Assembly: GCA_963789955.1 (NCBI GenBank)
Contig: CAWBMV010000006.1
Location: 32,001-96,000, forward strand
DNA: 64,000 nucleotides
Reading direction: 5' to 3'
Source of the DNA: an uncultured Candidatus Rokubacteria bacterium
GTDB lineage: Bacteria; Methylomirabilota; Methylomirabilia; Rokubacteriales; CSP1-6
Shown piece by piece: positions 11,214-23,378 of the stretch (the first letter of the stretch is position 1; each line of letters opens with the position of its first letter). The notes beneath the pieces are model-generated. The model was not told where the DNA came from. It saw only the letters and a program-made list of their open reading frames with translations, and searched no databases. The position numbers and the translations under genes were made by a program.

Positions 11214-11505
11214 GACGAGCCTCCTTCTTCAAGAGACTCTACACATGGATTTTGCGGGCCTCTCAGGGGCATCAGGAGCGACGATCGTGCTACGAGCAGC
11301 CGTTTTGGGGAGTCAGCGCCTCACGGCATAACCGGTAGCGCTTAGCTCATCGCTGATGCGATTCTAGAGAAAGGCGCTGGGAACGAGCCGATGCGCAGCC
11401 GAAAAGCTGTCAAGCAGAAAACGCAAACCGGCGAGCGAACAACACCCGTCGGCTTGCGAAATCTCCGGGCGTATCGAAAATCAGACGCGAGCGCGAGCGG
11501 ACAAC

Positions 11506-11901
11506 CTACAGCTTCGCGACCGCCGCCTTCGCGACGTCCTCGTCCTGCTGCGAGGTCCCGCCGCCCACGCCGCACGCGCCCTCGACCACGCCGTTCTTGA
11601 TGATCGGTACGGCGCCCATGCTCGGGATCATGTGGCCGCCCTCGGCCGCGGCGATGCCCTGGATGATCGGGCTCCCGGCGCGCTCCTGCAGCTCGCCGCT
11701 GGCACGTCCGAACGCAGCCGAGGCGATGGCTTTGCCCTGGGAGCCGTAGACGCTGCCCCAGATGGCGCCGTCCATGCGATTGAACGCCATCAGCCGCCCG
11801 CCGGCGTCGCAGACCGCCGCGCTGACCTTGATGTTCATCTCCTGGGCCTTGGTGATCGCGGCTTGAACGATGCGATTGGCTTCAGCGAGTGTCAGAGCCA
11901 T
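11506..11901 (-). CDS. GlcG/HbpS-family heme-binding protein
   Basis: MALTLAEANRIV, VSAAVCDAGG, RMDGA, GKAIASA, GAVPI and GACGVGGG...QDEDVA. Confidence 0.85.
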   Translation of the reverse strand: MALTLAEANRIVQAAITKAQEMNIKVSAAVCDAGGRLMAFNRMDGAIWGSVYGSQGKAIASAAFGRASGELQERAGSPIIQGIAAAEGGHMIPSMGAVPIIKNGVVEGACGVGGGTSQQDEDVAKAAVAKL

Positions 11902-11942
11902 TGGATGTCCTCCTGTAAGTGTGTGAGCGAGCCCGGCCGAGT

Positions 11943-12699
11943 CTATTCGGCCGTCGTGCCGCCGTCGATGACCAGCTCGCTCCCCGTCATGAACGACGAC
12001 TCGTCGGACGCCAGGTACAGGACGCCGTAGGCGACGTCCTCGGGCGTCCCGACGCGGCCCATCGGCAGCCGGCGCATGCGCTGCCTCGAGCTGAGCCTTG
12101 TTCTCCAGGACGTCCTTGATCATGTCGGTCGCGATCGGCCCGGGATGGACGGAGTTGCAGCGAATACCTTCCTTCGCGTGCTGAACCGCCGTCGACTTCG
12201 TGAACAACCGCACGGCGCCCTTCGTCGCGGTGTAGGCGGCCGTGAAGCCCGGCGCCCCGACCAGCCCCGCCGTCGACGAGATGTTGATGATCGAGCCGCC
12301 GCCGGCCTGGCGCATCGCCGGGATCGCGTGCTTCGTGCCGAGGAAGACGCCCTTGACGTTGATCGCCATGATGCGGTCCCAGTCTTCTTCCGACGTCTCC
12401 TCGATCTTCGAGCGGAAGAGGATGCCGGCGTTGTTGACGAGCACGTTCAGCTTGCCGTAGGAGCTCACGGCCGTCGCGATCGCCGCGCGCCAGTCGGCCT
12501 CGCGCGTCACGTTCAGGTGCACGTAGGTCGCCTTGCCGCCGGAGGCGCGGATCTCCGCCTCGACCTTCTTGCCCTCGTCGTCGAGGACGTCGCCGAGCAC
12601 CACCGAGGCGCCCTCGCGCACGAACATCCGCCCCTCGACCGCGCCCTGTCCGCGGGCGCCGCCGCTGATCAACGCGACCTTGCCGTCCAGTCGTCCCAT
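11943..12699 (-). CDS. Short-chain dehydrogenase/reductase; frameshift near 12090
   Basis: [32 protein letters not shown] and NSVHPG. Confidence 0.9.
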
Positions 12700-12716
12700 C
12701 AGAGTGTCCTCCGAAG

Positions 12717-13664
12717 CTATTGCGGGTGGGTTTTGAGCCACTCGATGTACGCCGCGATCCCGCCCTCGAGCGTGTGCTCGGGTTTGTACCCGACCTCCGC
12801 CGCCCGACCCAGATCGGTCGCCGGATTCGTCGACCCGCCCGGCGTCTTGCCGGGCTTCAGGGCTGAGCACCGCGCGCCGGGGACGGCCTTGCGCACCGCC
12901 TCGAACGCGTCTCGGTTGGAGCTCGCGCGCCCGGACGCGATGTTGTACACGCGATGCGTGAGCTTGTCCGCCGTGTGCACCTGCTGGATGCCCCGCGCGA
13001 CGTCTTTCACGTAGGTCCAGTCGGCCTGGTCGTCCGCGAAGATCTTGCCGTCGGGACGGTCGCCGAAATCCGGCTCGGTGTTGCGGGCGGCGCCGTGGCA
13101 CATGCGGCTGATCGGATTGTGCATGCTGTAGTAGTACGGGCCGTAGATGCTGCCGATGCGCAGCGCGACCACGTCGATCTTGGTCTGGGCCGCGTAGAAG
13201 TGGGCGTGCATCTCCATGCCCTTCTTGAAGGCCGACACCTGTGTCGGCGAGATCACCGGCAGCGGCATGTCCTCGCGGTAGGGGCCGTGCGGGATGCCAC
13301 CGTAGACGCCCACGGAGCTGCCGAGCGACACGCGCCGTAGCCCGAAGGTGCGCGCGGCCTCGAGCACGTTCTGCAGACCCGCCGTGTAGAGATGATAATC
13401 GGCCCCGGTCGAGAGGCTGCGGGCGGGCGGAGCCATGAGATTCACGATGCTCTCGACCTGATGGCGACGCACGACTTCGAACACCTCGTACGGGTTGGTC
13501 ACGTCCATCTGCGCGATCATGACGCGGGTGCCGATCTCGCTCTTGAGCACGTCCGGAATGCGGCGCGCACTGTGCTGCGAGAGCACGACGCGCTTGCCGA
13601 CCTCCAGGAACCGCAGGGCCGTGTTCAGGCCGATGAAACCCATGCCGCCGATGATCAGAATCAT
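12717..13664 (-). CDS. NAD-dependent epimerase/dehydratase family protein
   Basis: ILIIGGMGFIG, SSVGVYG, LRIGSIYGP, DWTYVKDVA and VYNIASG. Confidence 0.85.
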   Translation of the reverse strand: MILIIGGMGFIGLNTALRFLEVGKRVVLSQHSARRIPDVLKSEIGTRVMIAQMDVTNPYEVFEVVRRHQVESIVNLMAPPARSLSTGADYHLYTAGLQNVLEAARTFGLRRVSLGSSVGVYGGIPHGPYREDMPLPVISPTQVSAFKKGMEMHAHFYAAQTKIDVVALRIGSIYGPYYYSMHNPISRMCHGAARNTEPDFGDRPDGKIFADDQADWTYVKDVARGIQQVHTADKLTHRVYNIASGRASSNRDAFEAVRKAVPGARCSALKPGKTPGGSTNPATDLGRAAEVGYKPEHTLEGGIAAYIEWLKTHPQ

Positions 13665-13973
13665 GAGGCACCTCCGCGTGGCGGATAGCCGGACGTGTAC
13701 CACTGCGGGGCCGCTATGACAACGGGAATTCCGCGCCTCGACGGGCGAGGGACGTTCCGCGCACGCCATACCGACTCGGGCAGGGAGCCGCCGGACGGGA
13801 TTGAGAACCACGGGCGACCTAGCAGGCCGGAGGCATTCGGGCGGCGGGGGCTGGTGGTCATAGGACGGCAATGCCCCGTGGGGCGGATTTCCGGGAACGG
13901 CGCTTCCTTGTGCTGTATATGCTGAGGTGCTCCAGCAGAGGGACGAGGCAAAGGGGCCCGCAAGGAGGACGTC

Positions 13974-15008
13974 ATGCGCGACGGCATCTTCATCGTGGAC
14001 GGCGACGGCCATGTCATGGACTTCGCGCACCGCTGCTACGAGAAATACCTGCCGGAGCAGTACCGCCGCCGCATCGCCTTCTTCCCGGGCGCCCAGTGGG
14101 ACCGGCGCCAGGCGCCCAACGGCGATCTGGGGCGCGACCCCGACACGCCGCAGGAGATGTTGGCCGATCTCGGGCAGGAGGGGATCGATCTCGCGTTCCT
14201 CTATCCCACCTCGGCCCTGCGCATCGGCGAGATCCGCGAGGCGGACTACCAGGCCGCGCTGTGCCGTGCCTACAACGACTTCATGGCCGACTGGTGCAAG
14301 GCCGCGCCGGATCGGCTGAAGGGTGTGGCGATCGTGCCCTACCTGGACCCGACCGAGGCGGCGCGCGAGCTCGACCGCGCCGTGTCGCGCCTCGGGCTCG
14401 TCGGGCTCATGTTCCCGACCTTCATCCCCGGACGGAACGTCGCCGATCCCTTCTTCTGGCCGATCTACGAAGAGGCCGAGCGCCTGGGCGTGCCGGTGGG
14501 CATGCACGCCTCGGGCAGCGAGACCGGCGATCCCTACCGGTTCAGTAATTTCCTGGCGGTGCACACGTGGACTCACGCGCCCGAGCAGATGATCTCCGTG
14601 ATCAGCTGCGTCTACGGCGGGCTCTTCGAGAAGTTCCAGCGGCTGCGGATCGGCTTCATGGAGTCGGGCGCCGGCTGGGTGCCGTTCTTCATGGAGCACA
14701 TGGACGGCGAGTTCGAGAAGCGGCCGTGGGACGCGCCGCTCTGCAAGGCGAAGCCGAGCGAGTACGTGACCTGCGGCCGCGCCTACTTCTCGTGCGAGCC
14801 GGAGGAGAAGACGATCCCGTACGTCACCAGCTGGATCGGCGAGGACCACATCCTCTACGCCTCGGACTACCCGCACTGGGACAGCGAGTGGCCGCACACG
14901 GTCGACGAGCTCTTGCACCGCAAAGACCTCGAGCCGCGTGTGAAGGCGAAGATCCTCGGGCAGAACGCGCTTCGATTTTACGATTTGAAATCGCCCGTTT
15001 CACGCTAA
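13974..15008 (+). CDS. Amidohydrolase family protein (Amidohydro_2, possible decarboxylase or hydratase)
   Basis: IVDGDGHVMD, LYPT, AYNDFMADWC, MESGAGW and YASDYPHWD; AAGGAGG SD. Confidence 0.9.
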   Translation: MRDGIFIVDGDGHVMDFAHRCYEKYLPEQYRRRIAFFPGAQWDRRQAPNGDLGRDPDTPQEMLADLGQEGIDLAFLYPTSALRIGEIREADYQAALCRAYNDFMADWCKAAPDRLKGVAIVPYLDPTEAARELDRAVSRLGLVGLMFPTFIPGRNVADPFFWPIYEEAERLGVPVGMHASGSETGDPYRFSNFLAVHTWTHAPEQMISVISCVYGGLFEKFQRLRIGFMESGAGWVPFFMEHMDGEFEKRPWDAPLCKAKPSEYVTCGRAYFSCEPEEKTIPYVTSWIGEDHILYASDYPHWDSEWPHTVDELLHRKDLEPRVKAKILGQNALRFYDLKSPVSR

Positions 15009-15018
15009 GGAGATCGCG

Positions 15019-16111
15019 ATGAACCGCTCAGCCGCGACCGCCGCCGAGACCGAGTTCCACGACAGGATGCACGCCGCCCACATGTACGGGCTCTGGGAGC
15101 TGGCGAGCCAGATGACGAGGCACCCCGAGCCGCAAGGCGATCCCCTACATGTGGACGGCGTCGCTGATCGAGTCGCATCGTGCGCGAAGCCGGCGAGGTC
15201 GTGCCCGTCGGCGAGGAGCGCCGCGCGCTGCAGCTCTTCAACCCCGGCCTCGACGGCCGCTGGGCGACGACCAACACGATGATCGCCGCCGTCCAGCTCC
15301 TGCTGCCGGGCGAGGTGGCGCGCGCGCATCGCCACACGCCCGACCGCGATCCGCTTCATCATGGAAGGCGAGGGCGCCTACACCGCGGTCGACGGCGAGC
15401 GCGTCTACATGGCGCCCGGCGATCTCGTCCTGACGCCGAGCTGGGCCTGGCACGACCACGGCAACGAGACCGACAAGCCCGTCGTCTGGATGGACGGGCT
15501 CGACATCCCGCTCGATCCAGTCGCTCAACGCGATGTTCTTCCAGATGTACGACGCAGCCGCAGGTGCCGCTGACCAAGCCGAACAACGCCTCGCGTACGC
15601 TGCACGGCCACGTCGAGCCTGAGCCCGACGTGGGTGAAGGAGCGCCCGCAGTCGTCGCCGCTGCTGCTCTACTCCTGGGAGAAGACGTGGCAGTCGCTCG
15701 ACGCGCTGCGCGACGCCGCCGGCGACGCGCACGACGGCATCGCGCTCGAGTACACGCACCCGCAGACCGGGCGCTCGCTGCTGCCGACGATGGCCTGCTG
15801 GATCCAGATGCTCCGCCCCGGCGAGCGCCTGAAGGCGCATCGCCACACCGGCAGCGCCGTCTACTACGTGGTCGCAGGGCGACGGGCGAGACGATCATCG
15901 ACGGCTGCCGCTTCGCCTGGGGCAAGGGCGACATCATCGCGCTGCCGTCGTGGGCCCTGCACGAGCACGCCAACACGCTCGTCGCGCGACGCCGCCGATC
16001 CTCTTCTCGATCCAGGATCGCCCGGTGCTCGAGGCGCTCGGCCTCTACCGCGAAGAGGCGCTGACGGAGAACGGCGGCCACCAGAAGGTGACCTCGACCT
16101 TCACGGCCTAG
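15019..16111 (+). CDS. Bicupin ring-cleaving dioxygenase (gentisate 1,2-dioxygenase-like); several frameshifts
   Basis: [65 protein letters not shown] and PSWALHEH. Confidence 0.85.
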
Positions 16112-16121
16112 CGCCGGGCGC

Positions 16122-17206
16122 TCAGCGCCAGCGCGCGAACGCCCAGCCGCCGCCGGTCCCGGCCGGCGTGCGATACACGGGCACGTAGTCGAGCAGCTCC
16201 ATCTTCAGCCGCGCCCGCTGCATCGCGCCGCCCAGCGCCACCCAGTTCAAGGACTCCGAGGCGGCCGAGTGCAGGCGATGGCGCGGAATGCGAGCGCAGC
16301 GCCGCCGCGTCGTTCCGCTCGAGCGCGCCGAGCAGCCCGCGGTCGAGCTCCTCGTCGACGACGAAGTGGCTGAGCCCGCCCGAGGCGATGATGGCGACCG
16401 ACGCGTCGCTCTGCCACTCTTCGATCGCCGCCCGCGACGGCTTCGCCGATCGCGAAGGAGCGCCGGGGCGTCGGCTGGTTCGGCAGGTAGCAGGTGTTCT
16501 GGAAGACCGGCAGGATCGCGCTGGGCTTGTTGTCGAAGAGCCGCTTGACGACGAACGAGAACGCGTGCGGGAGCCCCTGCGGCCGCGGTGGCGGTCTCGC
16601 GCACGTAGTCGAGCTCGCCCTGCTTCGTCGGATAGCGCCGCGCGACACTGCCGCCGTACGGCTGCTTCACGTACCGCATGTGGGCCACGTCGAAGTCGTG
16701 CTCGATCAGGTACTCGATCAGGTAGCGGCCGAACCCGCTCGCGACCGGGACGTCCATCGCCACGTCGCCGTAGCCGCGCCGGATCGCCTCGATCACCGCC
16801 GCGTCCCGCGAGCCCGGGGGCATCGTGCGCGGGATCAGCGGCGCCGTCTCGCCCCAGTAGACCGACAGGGCCGGCATGTTGTCCTCGAAGAACCACTCGT
16901 CCTGGTCGTCGCCGATGATCACGGTGACGTCCGGATTGACGGCGCGCAGGGTGCTCGACAGCTCGTCGAGCGCGCGCTGGCACGCTTCGCTCTGCGCGCG
17001 ATAGGGCTCCGCCCCGCGATATCCGGCGCTGCGCCTCGGGCGAGATCGCGTCGGCCGCTTCCTGTGTACGGCATCACCAGCCCGTGCGGCGGAAAGGCGA
17101 GCTCGGGGTTGCGTTCGTCGTTCTTGGCGAACGACGGCCAGAGCTCGGCGGGCAAGGTGAGCATGGGCGTGTGCGAGGTCGCGAGGCCCAGAACGATGTC
17201 GGCCAT
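16122..17206 (-). CDS. Class III extradiol ring-cleavage dioxygenase (LigB-like); frameshifted
   Basis: IVLGLATSHTPML, IIGDDQDEWF, GLPHAFSFV, PVFQNTCYLPNQP, IASGGLSHFVVDEELD and YVPVYRTPAGTG. Confidence 0.8.
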
Positions 17207-17216
17207 GATCGCTCCC

Positions 17217-18516
17217 TTAGCCCGCGGGTGAGCGGGCGTCGACGCCGGGCTCGGGCAGGCCCATCGCGCGGCGGTACGCGGCACGGACTTCTTCGGGCTG
17301 TCCCACCAGGAACGGAAACTCTCTGCGCAGCGGCAGCCCCGGCGTCCGCTGGCGCGAGATCTCGCTCTCGACCCTGGACGAGCCGTTCACGAAGAAATCG
17401 CGCCCGATGATCGGCAGGCGCACGATGTGATTCTTGTCCGCATCGCGGATCACGCCCTTGGGCTCTTGCCCCTTCGCGACGCGTTCGGCGTCTTCGAGAA
17501 TGCGGCGGCGCATCATGATCACGCCGCGATCGCTCTCGCCCAGGTGCTCCTGCGTGCGGTCGGCGACGGTGCCCTGGCCGACCCAGGCGACGAAGTCCTG
17601 GTTCATGACGTGCGAGGTGATCCAGCGATCGGTCAGCGCGTCCTTGATCGGGCTGTACCAGTAGGGAATGCGGTCCTGCTTGTAGGGCTCCATCTCGTTC
17701 GGCACGCGATCGAAGAACCAGCCGACGCTCAGCGTGTTGTCGTCGTCGATCGGCACGCGCCACTCGAAGTGGCCGCCGGTGAACAGGCAGTTCGGCCAGA
17801 GGCAGCAGCGCCCGACCGTCCACAGCTCGTCCTGCTCGGACTGGCCTTCCAGAACGCGCCGGTAGATGAAGCCGTACTCGAACTCGTCGAAGCCGACCTT
17901 CAGGTGTGTCGGGGAGCGCTCGCCGTCGGCGCCGCTCAGCGCGCGCGACCAGTTCGAGTGGAGCCACTCGAAGTGCACGGGGTCGATCGAGTTCTCCTGG
18001 CACTGAAACCAGTTGCACGGGACCTCGGAGAACACGATCTGCACGAAGCCGTTCTCCCAGGTGAAGGGCTCCCAGGTCGGCACGAGCGGCACGGGCGGCG
18101 GGCCGAGGTAGGCCCACACGAGCCCCGCCTTCGCCTCGACCGGGTAGGCCTTGATGCGCACGCGGTCCTTGAACTTCGCGTCGGGGTGCGCGGTCTCCTC
18201 GAACGGCTGCTGCCAGACAGCGGCCCGTGTGATCCCAGAGCCAGCCGTGATAGTGGCAGCGCAGCCCGCAGTCGTCGGGCCATCCGTACGAAAGATCCGC
18301 GCGCCGATGAGGACAATGCCGGTCGACCAGGCCGTACGTGCCGGCCTTGTCCTTGTAGAGGACGAGATCCTCGCCCATGAGCCGCACGGGCTTCGTCGGC
18401 TTGTCGTCCAGCTCGGCGACGGCGGCGATCGGCATCCAGTAGCGACGCAGCAGCTCGCCCATGGGCGTGCCGGCGCCGACTTCCGTCAGTGTTCGGTTTT
18501 GCTCCTCGCTGAGCAC
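17217..18516 (-). CDS. Rieske non-heme iron aromatic oxygenase (phthalate 4,5-dioxygenase-like); frameshift near 18210
   Basis: GTPMGELLRRYW; Rieske motif CPHR...CHYHGW; mononuclear Fe motif ENSIDPVHFEWLH; QDF...QG...EHLGESD. Confidence 0.9.
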
Positions 18517-18545
18517 GGACCGATTTTACCTCCAGTCGCCGGGGA

Positions 18546-19881
18546 TCAGGGCAGCAGCGGCTTACCCTCCGCCCCGGGCAGCGCCAGGCCGAGCCGCTGC
18601 GCCAGGGTCGGGGCGATGTCTCGCATGTCGACGAGCCCGAGCGAGTCGCCCCGCGGGCACACCCGGCCCGACCACGAAGAACGCCGCGCGCAGCTCGGGC
18701 AAATCAGGCAGATGGCCGTGCGTGCCGAATCGGCCGGTCTTCGAGACGACGGCGCCGTCGAGCCCCGTGCCGACGAACCAGCCGGGCTTGCAACCGATCA
18801 GGAAGGAGGCGGCGGGAAAGCCGCCGCGCGCGTGCAGGACGTCGGCGCTGAGGACCCGATCGATGCCGTTGGCCGGGTCGGCCGCGAGCTTGTCGAGGAG
18901 CGCGCGCACCTCGGCGAGGGTTGCCGTGTCGGCCGGGTCTTTCAGCATGATGGCCGCGGACCCGCCCGCGGTCCAGGGCATGGCCTTCCAGGCCGTGACC
19001 GTCCGCCCGTTCGCGGTGATCAGACCCGCGTCCCGGAACGCGGGGAAGGGATTGAATCGGTGCTCGATCTTCACGAAGCCGTGGTCGGACACGATCGCCA
19101 CGTACGCGTTGCCGGGAGCCAGGCGCTCGGCGGCGTCGCGCAGCTTGCCGACGACGGCGTCCTGCCGCTCGAGGACGGCGAAGCTCTCCGGGGACAACGG
19201 GCCGGTCTCGTGCTCGACGTGATCGAGCGCAAGGAGATGCAAGGTCAGTAGCTGCGGGCGCTTCTTCTCGAGCAGGCGCGTGGCGAAGCTCCCGCGTCGC
19301 TCGTCGTGCTCGATGTCCTGGCCCCGCGGATACGGACCGAGCTCTGCCTCGAGCTCGGGCAGGAGTCCCTCCGTCGCGAGGGCTCGGAGCAGCTTCGCGT
19401 CCTCGTCCGTGTTGGCGCGCCAGACCTCGGGGATATTCCACGTCACCCGCGCGCCCACGCTGACCGGCCACTGAATGCTGGCGGTCGTCATGCCGGCCTG
19501 CCGGGCCACGTCCCAGAGCGTCGGCACCTTGATGTCCTCGGCGTACCAGTACCAGCCGCTCTGATTCTTTCCGAGCGGGTCGAAGGTCGTGTTGGCGAGG
19601 ATGCCGTGCCTGGTCGGCCACACGCCGGTGATCAGGGTGGTGTGGCTCGGATAGGTCACGGTCGGGATCACGCCGGCGACACCGTCGGCGAACGCGCCCT
19701 CCTTGAGAAAGCGGCGCAGGTTCGGGATCTTCAACCCGTGCGCGTCGGCGGCCGTCACGTAGTCGGGCCGCAGGCCGTCGATGGAAATCATGATGAGGAC
19801 CGGCCGCGCGCTCTGCGCCTGCGCTCCGCTGTGCAGGAGGAGAACGCCGACCGCAATGAGGACACGCAACGTGATCGTCAT
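18546..19881 (-). CDS. Secreted alkaline phosphatase/nucleotide pyrophosphatase-phosphodiesterase family protein
   Basis: Signal peptide, ISIDGLRPD, PTVTYPSHTTLITG, DHVEH, VSDHGF and GTHG; frameshift near the C-terminus. Confidence 0.85.
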
Positions 19882-19958
19882 TCTCGGAGCCCCTCCGGCG
19901 GCGGCCATGATCGCGCACTATACGCGCGGCTGGCCACCTCCGGTATAGTTGGCGCGCC

Positions 19959-20678
<720 letters not shown>

Positions 20679-20685
20679 TCGGGCC

Positions 20686-21601
20686 ATGAAACTCACCGTC
20701 GAGTTCCCCAGCGTCTCCTATCGCGAAGGTCCCCAGGGCGTCATGCACCTGGCTCGAGCCATCGAGCAGATCGGCTACGACCACATCGACATGTTCGACC
20801 ACGTCGTGATGGGCTACCCGATGGAAGGGCGGCCGCCCGGCCCGTACCCGGCGCAGATGCCGATCCTCGAAGCGCTGATGGCCCTCTCGTACATGGCGGC
20901 GGTGACGACGCGCGTCACCCTGGGCACCGAGGTGCTCGTGCTGCCGCAGCGGCATCCGACCCTGGTCGCCAAGCAGGTGAGCACGCTCGATACCTTGTCG
21001 GGCGGCCGCGTGCGACTCGGCGTCGGCGTCGGCTGGCAGGAGTCGGAGTACGACGCGCTGGGCGAGGACTTCCACACACGCGGCGCGCGCATGGACGAGA
21101 TGATCCGTCTGCTGCGCACGTACTGGAGCGACGCCGCAGGTGGACTTCAAAGGCCGGCACTACCAGATCACGGCGATCGGGATGGAGCCGAAGCCGCCGC
21201 AGGGAAGCCGGCTCCCGATCTGGATCGGCGGCCGCTCGGACCGCGCGCTACGCCGGGTGGGCGAGCTCGGCGACGGCTGGCTCGGCAACCAGATCGCCGA
21301 CGCGGCGAGCGCGCGGATCGTCATCGACACGATCCGGCGCCACGCCGAGGCGGCCGGGCGCGATCCCGCCGCGATCGGCTTGCAGGCGATGGTCGCATCG
21401 CCGCCACGGGACGCGACCGGCAAGAAGTTCTACGTCGAGCACGATCGCGTCGTCGCGCGCGTGGTCGAGCTCAAGGCGATGGGCTTCGAGTGGGTCGCCC
21501 TGAACGCGACCGCGATGTTCCAGGCGGGCGCGCGCTCGGTCGCCGCGCTGATCGACGTGCTGGGCGCGCTGCACATGAAGATCCGCGGCGAGGTCGGCTA
21601 G
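20686..21601 (+). CDS. LLM-class (luciferase-like) oxidoreductase; frameshift near 21135
   Basis: FDHVV, LGTEVLVLPQRHP, LDTLSGGRVRLGVGVGW and PIWIGG...RALRRVGELGDGW. Confidence 0.85.
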
Positions 21602-22050
21602 GCTGCGCGCCGCTGAGCCACGTCCGCAGGCTTCCGGCGTCGATCGCGGCGCCCGCTGATCCACATCGCGGCCACCACGATCAGAAATCCGGCGAATGAA
21701 ATCCCCGCGGCGACCGGGCCGCCGTGCGTGTCGAGATGCAGGTGCAGATACGCATGCCAGAGCTCTCCCGCCGCCGAGACCATCGCGCCCAGGAACGCGA
21801 CGGGGAAGGCGGCGCCGATCGGCGGGCGCCGCGCCTGGTCGATGAGCGCCCACGCTGTCGCGAGCAGGACGCACAGCACGCCCACGTAGATCGGGATATG
21901 GATCGTGCCCAGATGGACGGCCATCTGCTCGACGGTTCTCGCCTCGAAGTCGGAATGCAGCGCGTGCCAGACGATATCGACGATCAAGCCGGCAAACTGG
22001 ACCGCGAGCGCGGCCCAGATCAACATCCGAGACTGTCTGCGACGGGACAT
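21598..22050 (-). CDS. Hypothetical four-TM membrane protein with His residues
   Basis: Hydrophobic segments; DIVWH, IHIP and ELWH motifs. Confidence 0.65.
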   Translation of the reverse strand: MSRRRQSRMLIWAALAVQFAGLIVDIVWHALHSDFEARTVEQMAVHLGTIHIPIYVGVLCVLLATAWALIDQARRPPIGAAFPVAFLGAMVSAAGELWHAYLHLHLDTHGGPVAAGISFAGFLIVVAAMWISGRRDRRRKPADVAQRRAA

Positions 22051-22130
22051 GCCGCTCCCTCCTCCATACGACCATCGTACCGGACTGTGCTACCTTCCCA
22101 GGCACGAGCGGTCGCGAGAGGAGACGCCGT

Positions 22131-23375
22131 ATGGACTTCGAGGTCACGTACACGGAAGAGCAGCAGCGGTTCCGGCGCGAAGTGCGCGCCTGGCTCGAGG
22201 CCACCGTGCCGGCCTCGATGCTCCGGACGCCGACCTCGGCCGAGGACAACTACCGGCGTTATCTCGAGCTTCGTGATTTCGGCCGCAAGCTCGGCGCCAA
22301 GGGCTGGCTCTATCCCACCGCGCCCGCGAAGTACGGCGGCGGCGGCCTCGACGTCGACCACGCCATCATTCTCGAGGAAGAAGTCGACCGGTTCGATCTC
22401 TCGCTGCCGCCCTACTACGACAGCGGCGGGCGGCTCGGCTCGGCGTCGATCCTCGTGTGGGGCACCGAGGAGCAGCGCCAGAAGTTCCTGCCGCCGATCT
22501 ATCGCGGCGAGGTCCGCACCTGGCAGCTCCTGACCGAGCCCGGCGCCGGCTCCGACCTGGCCGGCGTGCGCATGACGACGGCGGTGCGCGACGGCGACGA
22601 CTACGTCATCAAGGGCCAGAAGATCTTCGTCGGCAGCGACAACGGCACCGACCGGATCTGGATGATCGTCTGCACCGATCCCAAGGGCAAGCGCCACGAG
22701 AATCTCTCGTGGTTCATGATCGACGCGAGCCTGCCGGGGATCACGATGCAGCCGATGGAGCTGATGGGCACCGGCGGCGAGGGCGGCACCGACAGCGGCG
22801 TCAAGCAGACGGTCTTCTTCGACGACGTCCGCGTGCCGGCGTTCGCGCTGGTCGGCGGCGAGAACAAGGGCTGGACGGTGGCGACGACGCACCTCGAGCT
22901 CGAGCACGGCGGCGGCGGCCGCATCGGCCGCAACCGCGTGTGGGACCGGCTCCTGCGCTATTGCCAGGAGACCAAGCGCGACGGCGTGCCGCTGAGCCAG
23001 CAGCAGGACGTGCGCGACAGCCTCGCCGACATCTACATCAAGACCGAGGTGCAGCGGCTCTTCGGCCTGCGCAACTTCTAGCTCACGTACGCGCGCAAGC
23101 CGAAGTCCTACGAGGGGCCGCAGCTCTCGTACTACCGAAAGACCACCGGGCTCTGGATGACCGGCGCGATCCTGGAAGCGGTCGGCCCCGCGGCGCTCAC
23201 GACCGATCCGGCCTGGGGCTCGTCGGCCGGCTTCCTCGAGACCCAGCAGCGCAACGGCATCGTCTCCGTCCATCCCGGCGGCACGACCGACATCCAGCGC
23301 GTGCAGATGGCCCGCCGCATCGGCATCGGCCGGTCGACCCGCGAGAAGGCCGGCACCGTGCACGGGGCGGAGTGA
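22131..23375 (+). CDS. Acyl-CoA dehydrogenase (FadE26-like subunit) interrupted by an in-frame TAG at 23079-23081
   Basis: LTEPGAGSDLAG, IKGQKIF, VFFDDVRVP, GENKGW and C-terminal GGTTDIQR. ORFs 22131..23081 and 23157..23375 share one frame. Confidence 0.85.
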
Positions 23376-23378
23376 GCG

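Noticed and set aside
11506..13671. 721-aa ORF that appears to fuse an SDR and GlcG
   Set aside because: Artefact of a frameshift near 12090 and open alternative frames in high-GC DNA; each gene has its own SD and start.
23079..23081. Pyrrolysine or amber recoding
   Set aside because: It is a single case, TAG ends many genes here normally, and no pyl genes are in the window.
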